IMG/VR virus record: IMGVR_UViG_3300048578_000058
Span: 1-31,102 of that record
DNA length: 31,102 nucleotides
Source of the DNA: a virus
Taxonomy: Duplodnaviria > Caudoviricetes
Strand: one strand, 5' to 3'
The notes beneath the pieces are model-generated. The model was not told the origin of the DNA. It saw nothing but the letters and a program-made list of their open reading frames with translations, and made no database searches. Made by a program: the position numbers and the translations under genes. Below, one piece after another: positions 8,017 through 16,597 of this stretch (positions are counted from its first letter, which is position 1; the number at the start of each line of letters is the position of its first letter).

Positions 8017-9549
8017 TTGGCGATCCAGATCCCCAGCGAGACCATCGAGGTCAGCATGCAGGGCGACCAGCAGGCGCCGCCGTTCTCGCCGGAGTGGTGG
8101 GTCTACGAGCTGTCGGCGCAGATGGACACCCGCAACCGGCTGATCGGGCTGTATGAGGACTACTTCGCCGGTCGCCACAAGTTGACGTTCGCGAGCTCCC
8201 AGTTCCGCGAAGCGTTCGGCCAGATGCTCGCCGCGATCTCAGACAACTGGATACCGCTGGTGATCGGCGCGAGCGTCGAGCGACTCAAGCCCCAGGGATT
8301 CCGGTTCGGCGACGACAGCCAGGGCGACAACGACGCATGGTCGATCTGGCAGCACAATTGTCTGGACGACGACGCGCCTCTGGGGTACACCGAAGCGTGC
8401 AAGCACGGTGAGGCGTATTACCTCGTCTGGCCCGATGAGCAGCCGACAGGGATCTTCGGATCGTTCTTCTCTCGGCGCTCGGCGGATGCGCCGGCCCGGA
8501 TCACCCTCGAGCACCCAGCGCAGATGATCGTCGCGCGCGAGGCCGGCGATCGCCGCAGGATTGCCGCGGCGCTCAAGCGATGGGTTGAGCATGACGGGAC
8601 GATCATGGCGACGCTCTACCTGCCGGACCAGACATATCGCTTCGTGATCGATGGCAACGGGAAGGCGGTAGAGCGACCGGGTGTTGAGTCTCGCAGCCGC
8701 AACCGCCTTGGCAGGGTCCCGGTCGTGCCGATCGTCAACGACCCGCAGATGCTCGGAGTGCTTCCGCCAGCGTCGCTGCTCTACGCGCCGCACCTCGCGC
8801 CGAACGTTCCGATCGGCCTCGGACGCTCGGACATGGCCGACATCGTCTCGACTGTCGACCAGATCAACAAGCTGCTCTGCGACATGCTCGTCGCGTCCGA
8901 GGTATCTGCGTTTCGCCAGCGCTGGGCCACCGGTCTTGAGGTTCCGGAAGACGATAACGGCGAGCCTGTCCAGCCCTTCTCCGCCGCCGTCGACCGACTG
9001 TGGATCGCGCCACCGGACGAGGACGGTGAGAGCGTCGCGAAGTTCGGCGAGTTCTCCGCGACCGATCTCTCGAACTACTGGAAAGCGATGGAGAACCGCA
9101 TCCAGTCGCTTGCCGCACGGACGAGGACGCCGCCGCACTACCTGCTCGGCTCGATTGTGAACGCATCTGGCGATGCGCTCAAGGCCGCTGAAACGGGCCT
9201 CGCGAGCAAGGTCAACGGCAAGGCGGGGCACTTCGGCGAATCCAACGAAGAGGCCGTGAGACTGGCCTTCGCCTGGAAGAACGATGCCCGAGCTCGCGAC
9301 ATCTCGGCGGAGACGGTCTGGGGGCCGACCGAGAGCCGGTCGGAGTCCGAGTACGTCGACTCGCTCGTCAAGAAGATGGCTCTCGGTGTGCCCAAGGAGC
9401 AGCTCTGGGCCGATGCCGGCTATTCGCCGCAGCAGATCGGACGCTTCAAGACGATGCTTCTCGAGGAGGGGCTGCGAGAGGACATCTTCGCGCCGCCGCC
9501 TCAGACGCCGAGCGACCAGGTAGCGCCAGATGCCGTCTCCGCTGGCTGA
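8017..9549 (+). CDS. Portal protein (SPP1 gp6-like)
   Basis: RBS AGGAGG before TTG. NWIPLVI..ERL, LGRVPVVP, GRSD, FRQRWATG, NASGDALKAAE motifs; follows TerL. Confidence 0.93.
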   Translation: MAIQIPSETIEVSMQGDQQAPPFSPEWWVYELSAQMDTRNRLIGLYEDYFAGRHKLTFASSQFREAFGQMLAAISDNWIPLVIGASVERLKPQGFRFGDDSQGDNDAWSIWQHNCLDDDAPLGYTEACKHGEAYYLVWPDEQPTGIFGSFFSRRSADAPARITLEHPAQMIVAREAGDRRRIAAALKRWVEHDGTIMATLYLPDQTYRFVIDGNGKAVERPGVESRSRNRLGRVPVVPIVNDPQMLGVLPPASLLYAPHLAPNVPIGLGRSDMADIVSTVDQINKLLCDMLVASEVSAFRQRWATGLEVPEDDNGEPVQPFSAAVDRLWIAPPDEDGESVAKFGEFSATDLSNYWKAMENRIQSLAARTRTPPHYLLGSIVNASGDALKAAETGLASKVNGKAGHFGESNEEAVRLAFAWKNDARARDISAETVWGPTESRSESEYVDSLVKKMALGVPKEQLWADAGYSPQQIGRFKTMLLEEGLREDIFAPPPQTPSDQVAPDAVSAG

Positions 9550-10231
9550 GCGTCACATCGAACTTCAGGCGCGCGTCCGCGCGTCGCTCGAACGAAGCGT
9601 CGGGACCCTCTGGACGGGCCTCGGCTCGTACGACGAGGCTGACATCGAGCGGTGGCTGCGTCAGGTCGTGCCAGTCGTCACAGCCGGGCAGGCACAGGCG
9701 GTCGCCCTCGTGGACGCATACCTCGCGCGAGCGCTCGAGCGTCAGCCTCTTGGAGTCGATCCGCAGGAAATCCTTGCGGTCACGAGGAACGGCGTTGCGC
9801 CCGATGAGGTTTACCGCCGCCCATTCGTAGATGTCTGGGGTGGGCTCAAGGACGGAAAGCTCTGGAATGAAGCTGTTGCGCTCGGCCTCGAGCGGGCAAC
9901 ATCCGCCGCGGCGATCGACGCGCAGCTCGCGATGCGCACCGCAGCGCGAGAGATAGGCCAAGCCGATTCGGCGATTCGTGGATACAGGCGCGTGCCGGAC
10001 GCCGGAGCTTGCGAGTTCTGCGTCCTGGTCGCCGGCCAGACCTACTCCACGAGCGACCTGATGCCAGTGCACAACAGATGCGGATGCGGCGTCGAGCCAA
10101 TCACGGACGGGCCGCCGATCACGAAGGCGCCCACGGGCGCCAAGGGCGGCACCGTTTCGGTCGCCGTGCGTGATCACGGCGAGCTCGGCCCACTGCTCGT
10201 CAACGCAGCAGACAACTTCACGGCGCTCTAG
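9530..10231 (+). CDS. MuF-like minor head protein / capsid maturation protein
   Basis: GYRRV..ACEFC..A..Y...PVHNRCGCGVEP Cys/His motif and C-terminal HGELGP; between portal and scaffold. Confidence 0.8.
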   Translation: MPSPLAERHIELQARVRASLERSVGTLWTGLGSYDEADIERWLRQVVPVVTAGQAQAVALVDAYLARALERQPLGVDPQEILAVTRNGVAPDEVYRRPFVDVWGGLKDGKLWNEAVALGLERATSAAAIDAQLAMRTAAREIGQADSAIRGYRRVPDAGACEFCVLVAGQTYSTSDLMPVHNRCGCGVEPITDGPPITKAPTGAKGGTVSVAVRDHGELGPLLVNAADNFTAL

Positions 10232-10290
10232 CCGCTGAACGCGCCAAACGGCCCGCGCAAAAGTGGCCGGCCTACTCCTCCGGAGGACTC

Positions 10291-11028
10291 ATGTTCAATC
10301 AGATGCTCGCGCGGCTCAGGAGTCGCATGTTCAAGATCCGCCTCGCGGCGGCCGTGCGTTTCATGCCGCGGATCGCCGGCGCTGACGGTGGCGAGGAGCC
10401 GCCGGAGCCCAAGCCCAAGCCCAAGGATCCTGCTGCACCCTCCGGCGAGGCCAAGTTCACGCAGGAGCAGGTCGACCAGATCGTCGAGAACCGCCTGAGT
10501 TCCGTCCGGCACCGGCTGCTCGACCCGGAGGAGGCCAAGGCTCTCCGGGAGAAGGCGGACAAGTACGACGAGATCCAGCGCGAGCAGCAGGGCGAGGTTG
10601 AGCGCCTGACCGAAGACCTGACGAAGGCGAGCGAGACCAACGACCAGCTCAAGCGCCGTCTCCAGGACACGCTGCGCCGCACCGCCATCGTCACGGCCGC
10701 CGCTGAGATCGGCGCCGACCCGGAGACAGTGCACGCCCTGCTCGCGGACCGCGGATTCACGGTGGCGCAGGGGGAGAAGAACTTCGAGGTGACCGTCGGT
10801 GACGACGACCAGGTCACCGGCGCTGCGGAGGCCGTCAAGGCCATCGTGGAGCTGAAGAACATCGTCGGCCCACAGACTCCCGCCGGCCCCGGCGACGGAG
10901 GCACCCGCGAGCCCGTTCCGCAGAAGTCGATCGATGAGCAGATCGCCGAAGCGGAGAAGGCTGGCGACCTTTCCACAGCAATGACTCTCAAGTCGCAGAA
11001 GCTCGCCGTCCAGGCGGCAGCGGCCTGA
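10291..11028 (+). CDS. Capsid scaffolding protein
   Basis: RBS GGAGG. FTQEQVDQIVENRL motif, coiled-coil middle, C-terminal IDEQIAEAEKAGD; precedes the capsid gene. Confidence 0.85.
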   Translation: MFNQMLARLRSRMFKIRLAAAVRFMPRIAGADGGEEPPEPKPKPKDPAAPSGEAKFTQEQVDQIVENRLSSVRHRLLDPEEAKALREKADKYDEIQREQQGEVERLTEDLTKASETNDQLKRRLQDTLRRTAIVTAAAEIGADPETVHALLADRGFTVAQGEKNFEVTVGDDDQVTGAAEAVKAIVELKNIVGPQTPAGPGDGGTREPVPQKSIDEQIAEAEKAGDLSTAMTLKSQKLAVQAAAA

Positions 11029-11055
11029 GGTCACGAGACAAGGAGATAGCCAACT

Positions 11056-12057
11056 ATGGCCGGAATCACGGGGCGGGGAACGACCTTTGACCTGCCCAAC
11101 TACGTCGGTGAGCTCTTCCAGCTCACCCCTGCGGACACGCCGTTTCTGTCCGCGATCGGTGGACTGACCGGTGGCATCGACGCCAACGGCACGATCTACC
11201 ACACCTGGCAGACCGAGGACCTGCGTTCGGGCTCCTCGACGCGCCAGCGGACGGAGGGTGCCGACGCGCAGACCGCCGAGGCCCGCGTGCGCGGCTCGGC
11301 GTTCAACGTGCTCGAGATCCACCAGGAGACCGTCGACGTCTCGTACACGAAGCAGGCCGCCGCGCAGCTGATCGACGCGCTGACGACCGGCAACGGAAGC
11401 GGCGGCGCCACCGGCGGCGCTCGCAATCCGGTGACCGACGAGCTGACCCACCAGATCAACTCGGCGATCAAGTCGAAGGCGCTGGACATCGAGACGACGT
11501 TCCTCAACGGAACGTTCAACGACCCGTCCGACAACAACACGGCGCGTCGCACCCGCGGCCTCCGCGAGGCGATCGTGACCAACGTCGTCGACTGCAACGA
11601 CGGCGACATCACGACCGAGGGCTACCTGAAGGACAAGGTGCTCGACCTGATGCAGGAGGTCTGGGAGAACGGCGGGATCATGGAGGATGAGACCCGCACG
11701 CTGATCTGCAACGCGGCGATCAAGCGTCAGCTCACGGCGGAGTTCGTCACGAACGCCGGCTACGCCGAGGGCTCGCGCACGGTCGGTGGCGTGCACGTCT
11801 CGACGATCGAGACGGACTTCGGCAACGTGAACATCATGCTCAACCGTCACATGCCGACGGACGAGCTGGTGGTCTGCTCTCTCGAGGAGTGCGCGCCGGT
11901 GTTCCTCCCGATCCCGGGCAAGGGCCACTTCTTCATCGAGCCGCTGGCGAAGGTCGGAGCGTCGGAGCGCGCGCAGCTCTACGGCGAGATCGGCCTGAAG
12001 TACGGCAACGAGAAGAAGCACGGCAAGATCATCGACATGGGCGGCTACGAGTCGTAG
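11056..12057 (+). CDS. Major capsid protein (SU10/DUF5309-like, HK97 fold)
   Basis: RBS AAGGAG. LTPADTPFLSAIG, WQTEDL, EGADA, TDFG, EPLAKVG, YGEIGLKYGNEKKHGKI motifs; strongly GC3-biased codons. Confidence 0.92.
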   Translation: MAGITGRGTTFDLPNYVGELFQLTPADTPFLSAIGGLTGGIDANGTIYHTWQTEDLRSGSSTRQRTEGADAQTAEARVRGSAFNVLEIHQETVDVSYTKQAAAQLIDALTTGNGSGGATGGARNPVTDELTHQINSAIKSKALDIETTFLNGTFNDPSDNNTARRTRGLREAIVTNVVDCNDGDITTEGYLKDKVLDLMQEVWENGGIMEDETRTLICNAAIKRQLTAEFVTNAGYAEGSRTVGGVHVSTIETDFGNVNIMLNRHMPTDELVVCSLEECAPVFLPIPGKGHFFIEPLAKVGASERAQLYGEIGLKYGNEKKHGKIIDMGGYES

Positions 12058-12070
12058 CCACTTCCGCGCC

Positions 12071-12098
12071 GGCCCCGCCGTCTGATGGCGGCGGGGCC
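12071..12098 (+). terminator. GC-rich stem-loop after the capsid gene (attenuating terminator or mRNA stabiliser)
   Basis: GGCCCCGCCGTC-TGAT-GGCGGCGGGGCC, 12-bp stem with one G-U pair; no U-tract. Confidence 0.55.
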
Positions 12099-12114
12099 GC
12101 GTGGGCCTGCTCCC

Positions 12115-12522
12115 ATGCCATTCGCCACCATCGACGACGTGACGGATCGCCTCGGGCGAGACCTCACCGAACAGGAGACGACGATCGCCACATGGGCGAT
12201 CGCAACGGTCGAGGACCTGATCGCGGAAGCGCTCGGGAAGGATTCCGACTGGGCTGATGCCGTCGACCCCATCCCGGCAACGCTCAGCGCCATCGTCGTC
12301 GAAAAGACGGTCGGGCTGATCGTGAATCCGACGAACGTCGCATCCGACTCGGAGACGCTCGGCGCCCACTCCTACTCACGCACTTTTCCGCGCAGCGCGG
12401 ACATCGGGATCTTCCTCTCACGTGCCGACCGCGCTCGCGCGCGCAGGGCCGTCAGCGGAACGGGCCTGCTCTCGATACGCACCCCAACCGCGCTCGAAGA
12501 GTTTCTCGAAGACCTCTCGTGA
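12115..12522 (+). CDS. Head-to-tail adaptor
   Basis: MPFATIDDVTDRLGRDLT N-terminus, NP..SETLGAHSYS motif typical of actinophage adaptors; follows the capsid gene. Confidence 0.85.
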   Translation: MPFATIDDVTDRLGRDLTEQETTIATWAIATVEDLIAEALGKDSDWADAVDPIPATLSAIVVEKTVGLIVNPTNVASDSETLGAHSYSRTFPRSADIGIFLSRADRARARRAVSGTGLLSIRTPTALEEFLEDLS

Positions 12523-13175
12523 TCGAGGTCTGCATCATCGTGCCGGTGCTCGCGAGGCCGCAGCGCGTCGCACCGCTGCTCGACTCGATCGAGCGCACGG
12601 CGCCCGAGGCCCACGTCATCTTCATCACGGACCCCGCCGACGAGCCGGAGGCCGACGCGATCGTCGCAGCGCGCGAATCGCACCCCGGCGTCACCGTGAG
12701 CATGCTCGAGCATGCCGGCGGCTACGCCTCCAAGATCAACCTCGGTTGCGCGGTCTCCGACGAGCGTCTGGTCTTCCTCGGGGCCGATGACCTTGAGTTC
12801 CAGGAGGGCTGGCTCGAGGCCGCGGCGACCGAGATCGACGCGGGCTGGGGCGTCGTCGGCGTCAACGACATGCTTCACCGGTCGCGCGCCAGGCACGCAA
12901 CGCACTTCCTGATCTCGCGCGAGTACGCGCTGCGAGATTCGATCGACGGCTCCGAGGGGCCGCTCTTCACCGGCTACGACCACAGCTTCGTGGACGACGA
13001 GCTGATTGCCACCGCGCGGGCGCGCGACACCTACATCTACTGCGATCAGGCGCGGGTGAAGCACCTTCACCCCATGAACGGCCTGGCTGAGGACGACGAG
13101 ACCTACCGCAAGGGCCGCGCGCGCTTCCGCCGCGACCGCCGGCTCTTCGAGAGGCGCACCGCGCTGTGGACCTAG
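12519..13175 (+). CDS. Glycosyltransferase, GT-A fold (GT2-like) #1
   Basis: GTGA overlap. IIVPVLARP, GYASKINLG, FLGADD (DxD-like), HSFVDDEL, KHLHP. Confidence 0.85.
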   Translation: MIEVCIIVPVLARPQRVAPLLDSIERTAPEAHVIFITDPADEPEADAIVAARESHPGVTVSMLEHAGGYASKINLGCAVSDERLVFLGADDLEFQEGWLEAAATEIDAGWGVVGVNDMLHRSRARHATHFLISREYALRDSIDGSEGPLFTGYDHSFVDDELIATARARDTYIYCDQARVKHLHPMNGLAEDDETYRKGRARFRRDRRLFERRTALWT

Positions 13176-13759
13176 ACGTCACGGTCTGCATCGGAACCTT
13201 CGGCGGAGCCGAGTGGCCGGGGCTCGCCGCCGCGCGCGCGATCCCCTCGATCCCGACCGGCGTGCCGTGGGTGCATGCGCACGGCCGCTCGCTGGCCGAA
13301 GCGCGCAACATGGCCGCGCGCGGCGCCGGGAGCGAGTGGATCTGCTTCGTCGACGCCGACGACCAGCTCTCCGACGGGTACTTCGACGCGATGTCCCGCG
13401 GCAGCGCCGACCTGCGAGGACCGGCCTGCAGGTACGCGCGCGAGCACCCCTCGAGCCGCCCGGCGAAGGTCTGGCCGCAGGGCGACCTGTACGACATGAA
13501 CTTCCTGGTGATCGGCACGCTCGTCCGCCGCGAGATGTTCTTCGAGGCCGGCGGATTCGGCGACGAGCCGGTCTACGAGGACTACGCGCTCTGGTGCCGC
13601 TGCGCGAAGCTCGGGGCGTCGATCGAGATCGTCCCTGACGCCGTGTATCTGGCCTGGGTTCGGCGCGACTCCCGGAACCGCGCGCCGGACATGCGCTGGA
13701 AAAACGAGTGGCACATGAAGATCCGAGACGCAGTCTGGCCGGAAAGGGCGGCGGCATGA
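13166..13759 (+). CDS. Glycosyltransferase family 2 #2
   Basis: LAEARNMAA, WICFVDADD, GGF...YEDYALW. Confidence 0.9.
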   Translation: MDLDVTVCIGTFGGAEWPGLAAARAIPSIPTGVPWVHAHGRSLAEARNMAARGAGSEWICFVDADDQLSDGYFDAMSRGSADLRGPACRYAREHPSSRPAKVWPQGDLYDMNFLVIGTLVRREMFFEAGGFGDEPVYEDYALWCRCAKLGASIEIVPDAVYLAWVRRDSRNRAPDMRWKNEWHMKIRDAVWPERAAA

Positions 13760-13968
13760 ACCAACTCTGGAGACACGCGTTCGTCTGCCTTGTGCAGCGC
13801 GACCCCTATGCTGATATTGGGTACGAGGGGCCGGTCCTGATTCACGATTTCGGTGTTGAACTTGGCCCCGAATCGTTTTTGATCACGTCTTACGACGAGG
13901 GATCTCGAGATCTGATCCAGCCGACGATCGTGCCTTGGCACCGCATCGACCACGTGAGTTTTCGGTGA
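13756..13968 (+). CDS. Hypothetical 70-aa protein within the glycosyltransferase cassette
   Basis: ATGA overlap at 13756 and GTGA overlap at 13965 couple it on both sides; MNQLWRHAF...IVPWHRIDHVSFR. Confidence 0.6.
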   Translation: MNQLWRHAFVCLVQRDPYADIGYEGPVLIHDFGVELGPESFLITSYDEGSRDLIQPTIVPWHRIDHVSFR

Positions 13969-14567
13969 ATCTCGGCCTACTGATGATCGGCGATGGCCGC
14001 GACGAGTACCACGAGCGCGCCTACGAGTCGCTGCTCGAGAACGTCGGCAATGACTTCGCCCACCGCGTCGTGATCGACGACCGCGACCACGAGCTCGGCT
14101 TCGCCGGCGCGATCCAGGCCGGCTGGGACAAGGTGCTCGAGACCGACTCGACCCACATCTTCCACTTCGAGGCCGACTTCACCTTCAACTGGCCGGTCGA
14201 ACTCGAGCCGATCATCCGGACGCTCGACGACTACCGCTACCTCACGCAGATCGCCCTCCTGCGCCAGCCGGTCAACCCCTCGGAGATCGAGGCCGGCGGG
14301 ATCATCCAGGAGCACCCGGAGAGCTTCGAGCAGGTGAGCCTGCCGGACGGCCGGGCGTGGATCGAACACAGACGGTTTTTCACGACCAATCCGAGCATCT
14401 ACCCCCGCTGGGTCGCTGAGTGCGGCTGGCCGCAGGGTAAGCACTCGGAGGGCCACTTCGCAACGCGCCTGTTCGACGAGGATCCGGCAAGGCGCGCGGC
14501 CATCTGGGGTCGCGGCGAACAGTGGGTCAGACACATCGGGAACGAGCGCGCTGGACATGGTTACTGA
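13965..14567 (+). CDS. Glycosyltransferase, GT-A fold #3
   Basis: GTG at 13965. LLMIGDGR, GFAGAIQAGW, IFHFEADF (ExD variant of DxD), FTTNPSIY, C-terminal HIG. Confidence 0.75.
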   Translation: MNLGLLMIGDGRDEYHERAYESLLENVGNDFAHRVVIDDRDHELGFAGAIQAGWDKVLETDSTHIFHFEADFTFNWPVELEPIIRTLDDYRYLTQIALLRQPVNPSEIEAGGIIQEHPESFEQVSLPDGRAWIEHRRFFTTNPSIYPRWVAECGWPQGKHSEGHFATRLFDEDPARRAAIWGRGEQWVRHIGNERAGHGY

Positions 14568-15183
14568 GTACGACGAGCAGTTCTTCGACGTGATTCGCGA
14601 GGGGTGCCGCCAGTCGGCGGACGTCGTCGTGCCGCTGGTGCTGTCGATGATCCCCGTCAACAGCGTCGCCGATGTCGGATGCGGCGAGGGGTGGTGGGGC
14701 AAGGCCTTCGAGGACGCGGGCTGCGCCGTGGTCGGCATCGACGGCGACTACGCCGAGCCGGTCATCCCTCACATCCCGTGCGACCTCGAGACCGAAGATC
14801 CGAGCGTGGCCGCCGAGCTCGCGGTATGCCTTGAGGTCGCGGAGCATCTTCCATGGACACGCGCTGCGTCGTTCGTAAGGGCGCTCTGCGAGATCGCGCC
14901 CACGATCCTGTTCTCGGCCGCGATTCCCGGGCAGGGCGGCACCGGTCACAAGAACGAGCAGTGGCCCGCCTACTGGGTCGAGCTGTTCGCGGACAACGGC
15001 TACCAGTGCTCGGGCGCGCTCCGGCACCAGATATGGGAAGACGATCGCGTGGAGAACTGGTATCGCCAAAACTTGATCGTCGCCTCTCGGGAGCCTCAGG
15101 CCTACCCCGAGCTGTTCGACACTCCAATGGCGAAAGTCCTGCCGCTCGTCCATCCCGTGCTCTACGACGCGAGGCGCTCGTGA
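14557..15183 (+). CDS. Class I SAM-dependent methyltransferase (glycan-associated type)
   Basis: VADVGCGEG motif I, CLEVAEHL, LFSAAIPGQGGTGHKNEQWPAYW. Confidence 0.92.
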   Translation: MVTEYDEQFFDVIREGCRQSADVVVPLVLSMIPVNSVADVGCGEGWWGKAFEDAGCAVVGIDGDYAEPVIPHIPCDLETEDPSVAAELAVCLEVAEHLPWTRAASFVRALCEIAPTILFSAAIPGQGGTGHKNEQWPAYWVELFADNGYQCSGALRHQIWEDDRVENWYRQNLIVASREPQAYPELFDTPMAKVLPLVHPVLYDARRS

Positions 15184-15857
15184 CGCTCTCGGTGCTGGTG
15201 CCATATCGACCGGACGACGGACATCGCGACCGCGCGTGGGCGTGGAACAAGCGCCGTTGGGAGGCGTTGGGCGCCGAGCTCGTCGTGCACTCACCGGCCG
15301 ACGGCGCGACGCCAGCGGACTTCAATCATCCCTACGCGATCAATCGCGCGGCGGAGCAGGCGCATGGCGACGTGTTTCTGATCGCCGACGCCGATACGTC
15401 TTTCGACTTCGAGTGGGTTCACAAGGCGCACAGCAAAGTGCGATCGGGCCAGGCCAAGTGGATTCTCCCGCGGTTCTACGACCAGACGACCGAGAGCGCC
15501 GCCGAAGGCATCCTGAGCGGCGATCCCACGCAGCCCATCGGCGAGTACGAGTGCGAGTGGCGCGGCGATTCGGTCAGCTGGTCGGGGCTCGTCGTTGTGC
15601 CGCGCGAGGCTTTCGAGCTCGTCGGTGGATATGACGAGCGATGGGAGAAGTGGGGCGGCGACGACGTCGCGTTCACATGCTCGCTGAAGGCGCTCTGGGG
15701 CGCATGCAGCAGGCTCGCCGGCCGCGCGATCCACCTCTGGCACCCACGCGCACACCTCGACAATCAGCCGCAGGAGCAGCATGACCTCATGTATCGCTAC
15801 CTGGACGCCGAGGGCGATCCCGAAGCCATGCGCGCGCTGATCGCGGAGCGGCCATGA
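15180..15857 (+). CDS. Glycosyltransferase GT2 / GT7-C-like #4
   Basis: GTG at 15180 (GTGA overlap). VLVPYR, FN..AINRA, IADAD, GGYDERWEKWGGDD, HLWHP. Confidence 0.9.
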   Translation: MTLSVLVPYRPDDGHRDRAWAWNKRRWEALGAELVVHSPADGATPADFNHPYAINRAAEQAHGDVFLIADADTSFDFEWVHKAHSKVRSGQAKWILPRFYDQTTESAAEGILSGDPTQPIGEYECEWRGDSVSWSGLVVVPREAFELVGGYDERWEKWGGDDVAFTCSLKALWGACSRLAGRAIHLWHPRAHLDNQPQEQHDLMYRYLDAEGDPEAMRALIAERP

Positions 15858-16597
15858 CGACGTTCGGAATCGCGATGGTCCGCGACGAGGCCGACATCGT
15901 CGAGCACACGGTTTCGCAGATGCTCACCCAGGTCGACCGCGTGATCGTCGCCGACAACGGATCGGTGGACGGCACGCGCGAGATCCTCGAGCGCCTCGAC
16001 GTGACGGTCGTGGACGACCCCGACCCCGCCTACTACCAGTCGCGCAAGATGACGACCCTCGCCCATCTTGCCGCGGCGCAGGGCGCCGAGTGGGTCGTCG
16101 CCTTCGACGCTGACGAGTTCTGGTATTCGCCGTTCGGGCGGATCGCCGACATCCTGAAGGCCCACGAGGGCGCCGTCGCCACTGCTGCGATCTTCGACCA
16201 CCGCGCGACCGCTGTCGACCCGTCCGGCGGCGACCCGCTCGAGCGCATGGGGTGGAGGCTCACCGAGCCGCTCCCGCTGCACAAGATCGCCTGCCGCCCG
16301 ATCCTGCGCGCGACGATCACACAGGGCAACCACTCCGCCCACTATGAGACGCTCGCGCCGCTGGAGGGCCAGATCGTGATCAGGCACTTCCCGATCCGCT
16401 CAATCGAGCAGATGATCAGGAAGGCCAGAAACGGCGGCAAGGCCTACGAGGCGACGGATCTCCCCGAGGACGCCGGCGGCCACTGGCGCGGGTGGAACCG
16501 CCTCACCGACGAACAGATCGCGGACGTCTTCCGAGAGTTCTACTGGCACGCCGACCCGCAGGCGGACGGGCTGATCTTTGACCCGGCCCCGCGTTGA
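15854..16597 (+). CDS. Glycosyltransferase family 2 (Glyco_tranf_2_4-like) #5
   Basis: MVRDEADIV, ADNGSVDGT, WVVAFDADEF, GNH, HFPIRS. Confidence 0.9.
   Translation: MTTFGIAMVRDEADIVEHTVSQMLTQVDRVIVADNGSVDGTREILERLDVTVVDDPDPAYYQSRKMTTLAHLAAAQGAEWVVAFDADEFWYSPFGRIADILKAHEGAVATAAIFDHRATAVDPSGGDPLERMGWRLTEPLPLHKIACRPILRATITQGNHSAHYETLAPLEGQIVIRHFPIRSIEQMIRKARNGGKAYEATDLPEDAGGHWRGWNRLTDEQIADVFREFYWHADPQADGLIFDPAPR

Noticed and set aside
14557-15183. Methyltransferase as a DNA methyltransferase of a restriction-modification system
   Set aside because: No DPPY/NPPY or PC catalytic motif; CLEVAEH and PGQGG..H.NEQ are typical of glycan/small-molecule methyltransferases.
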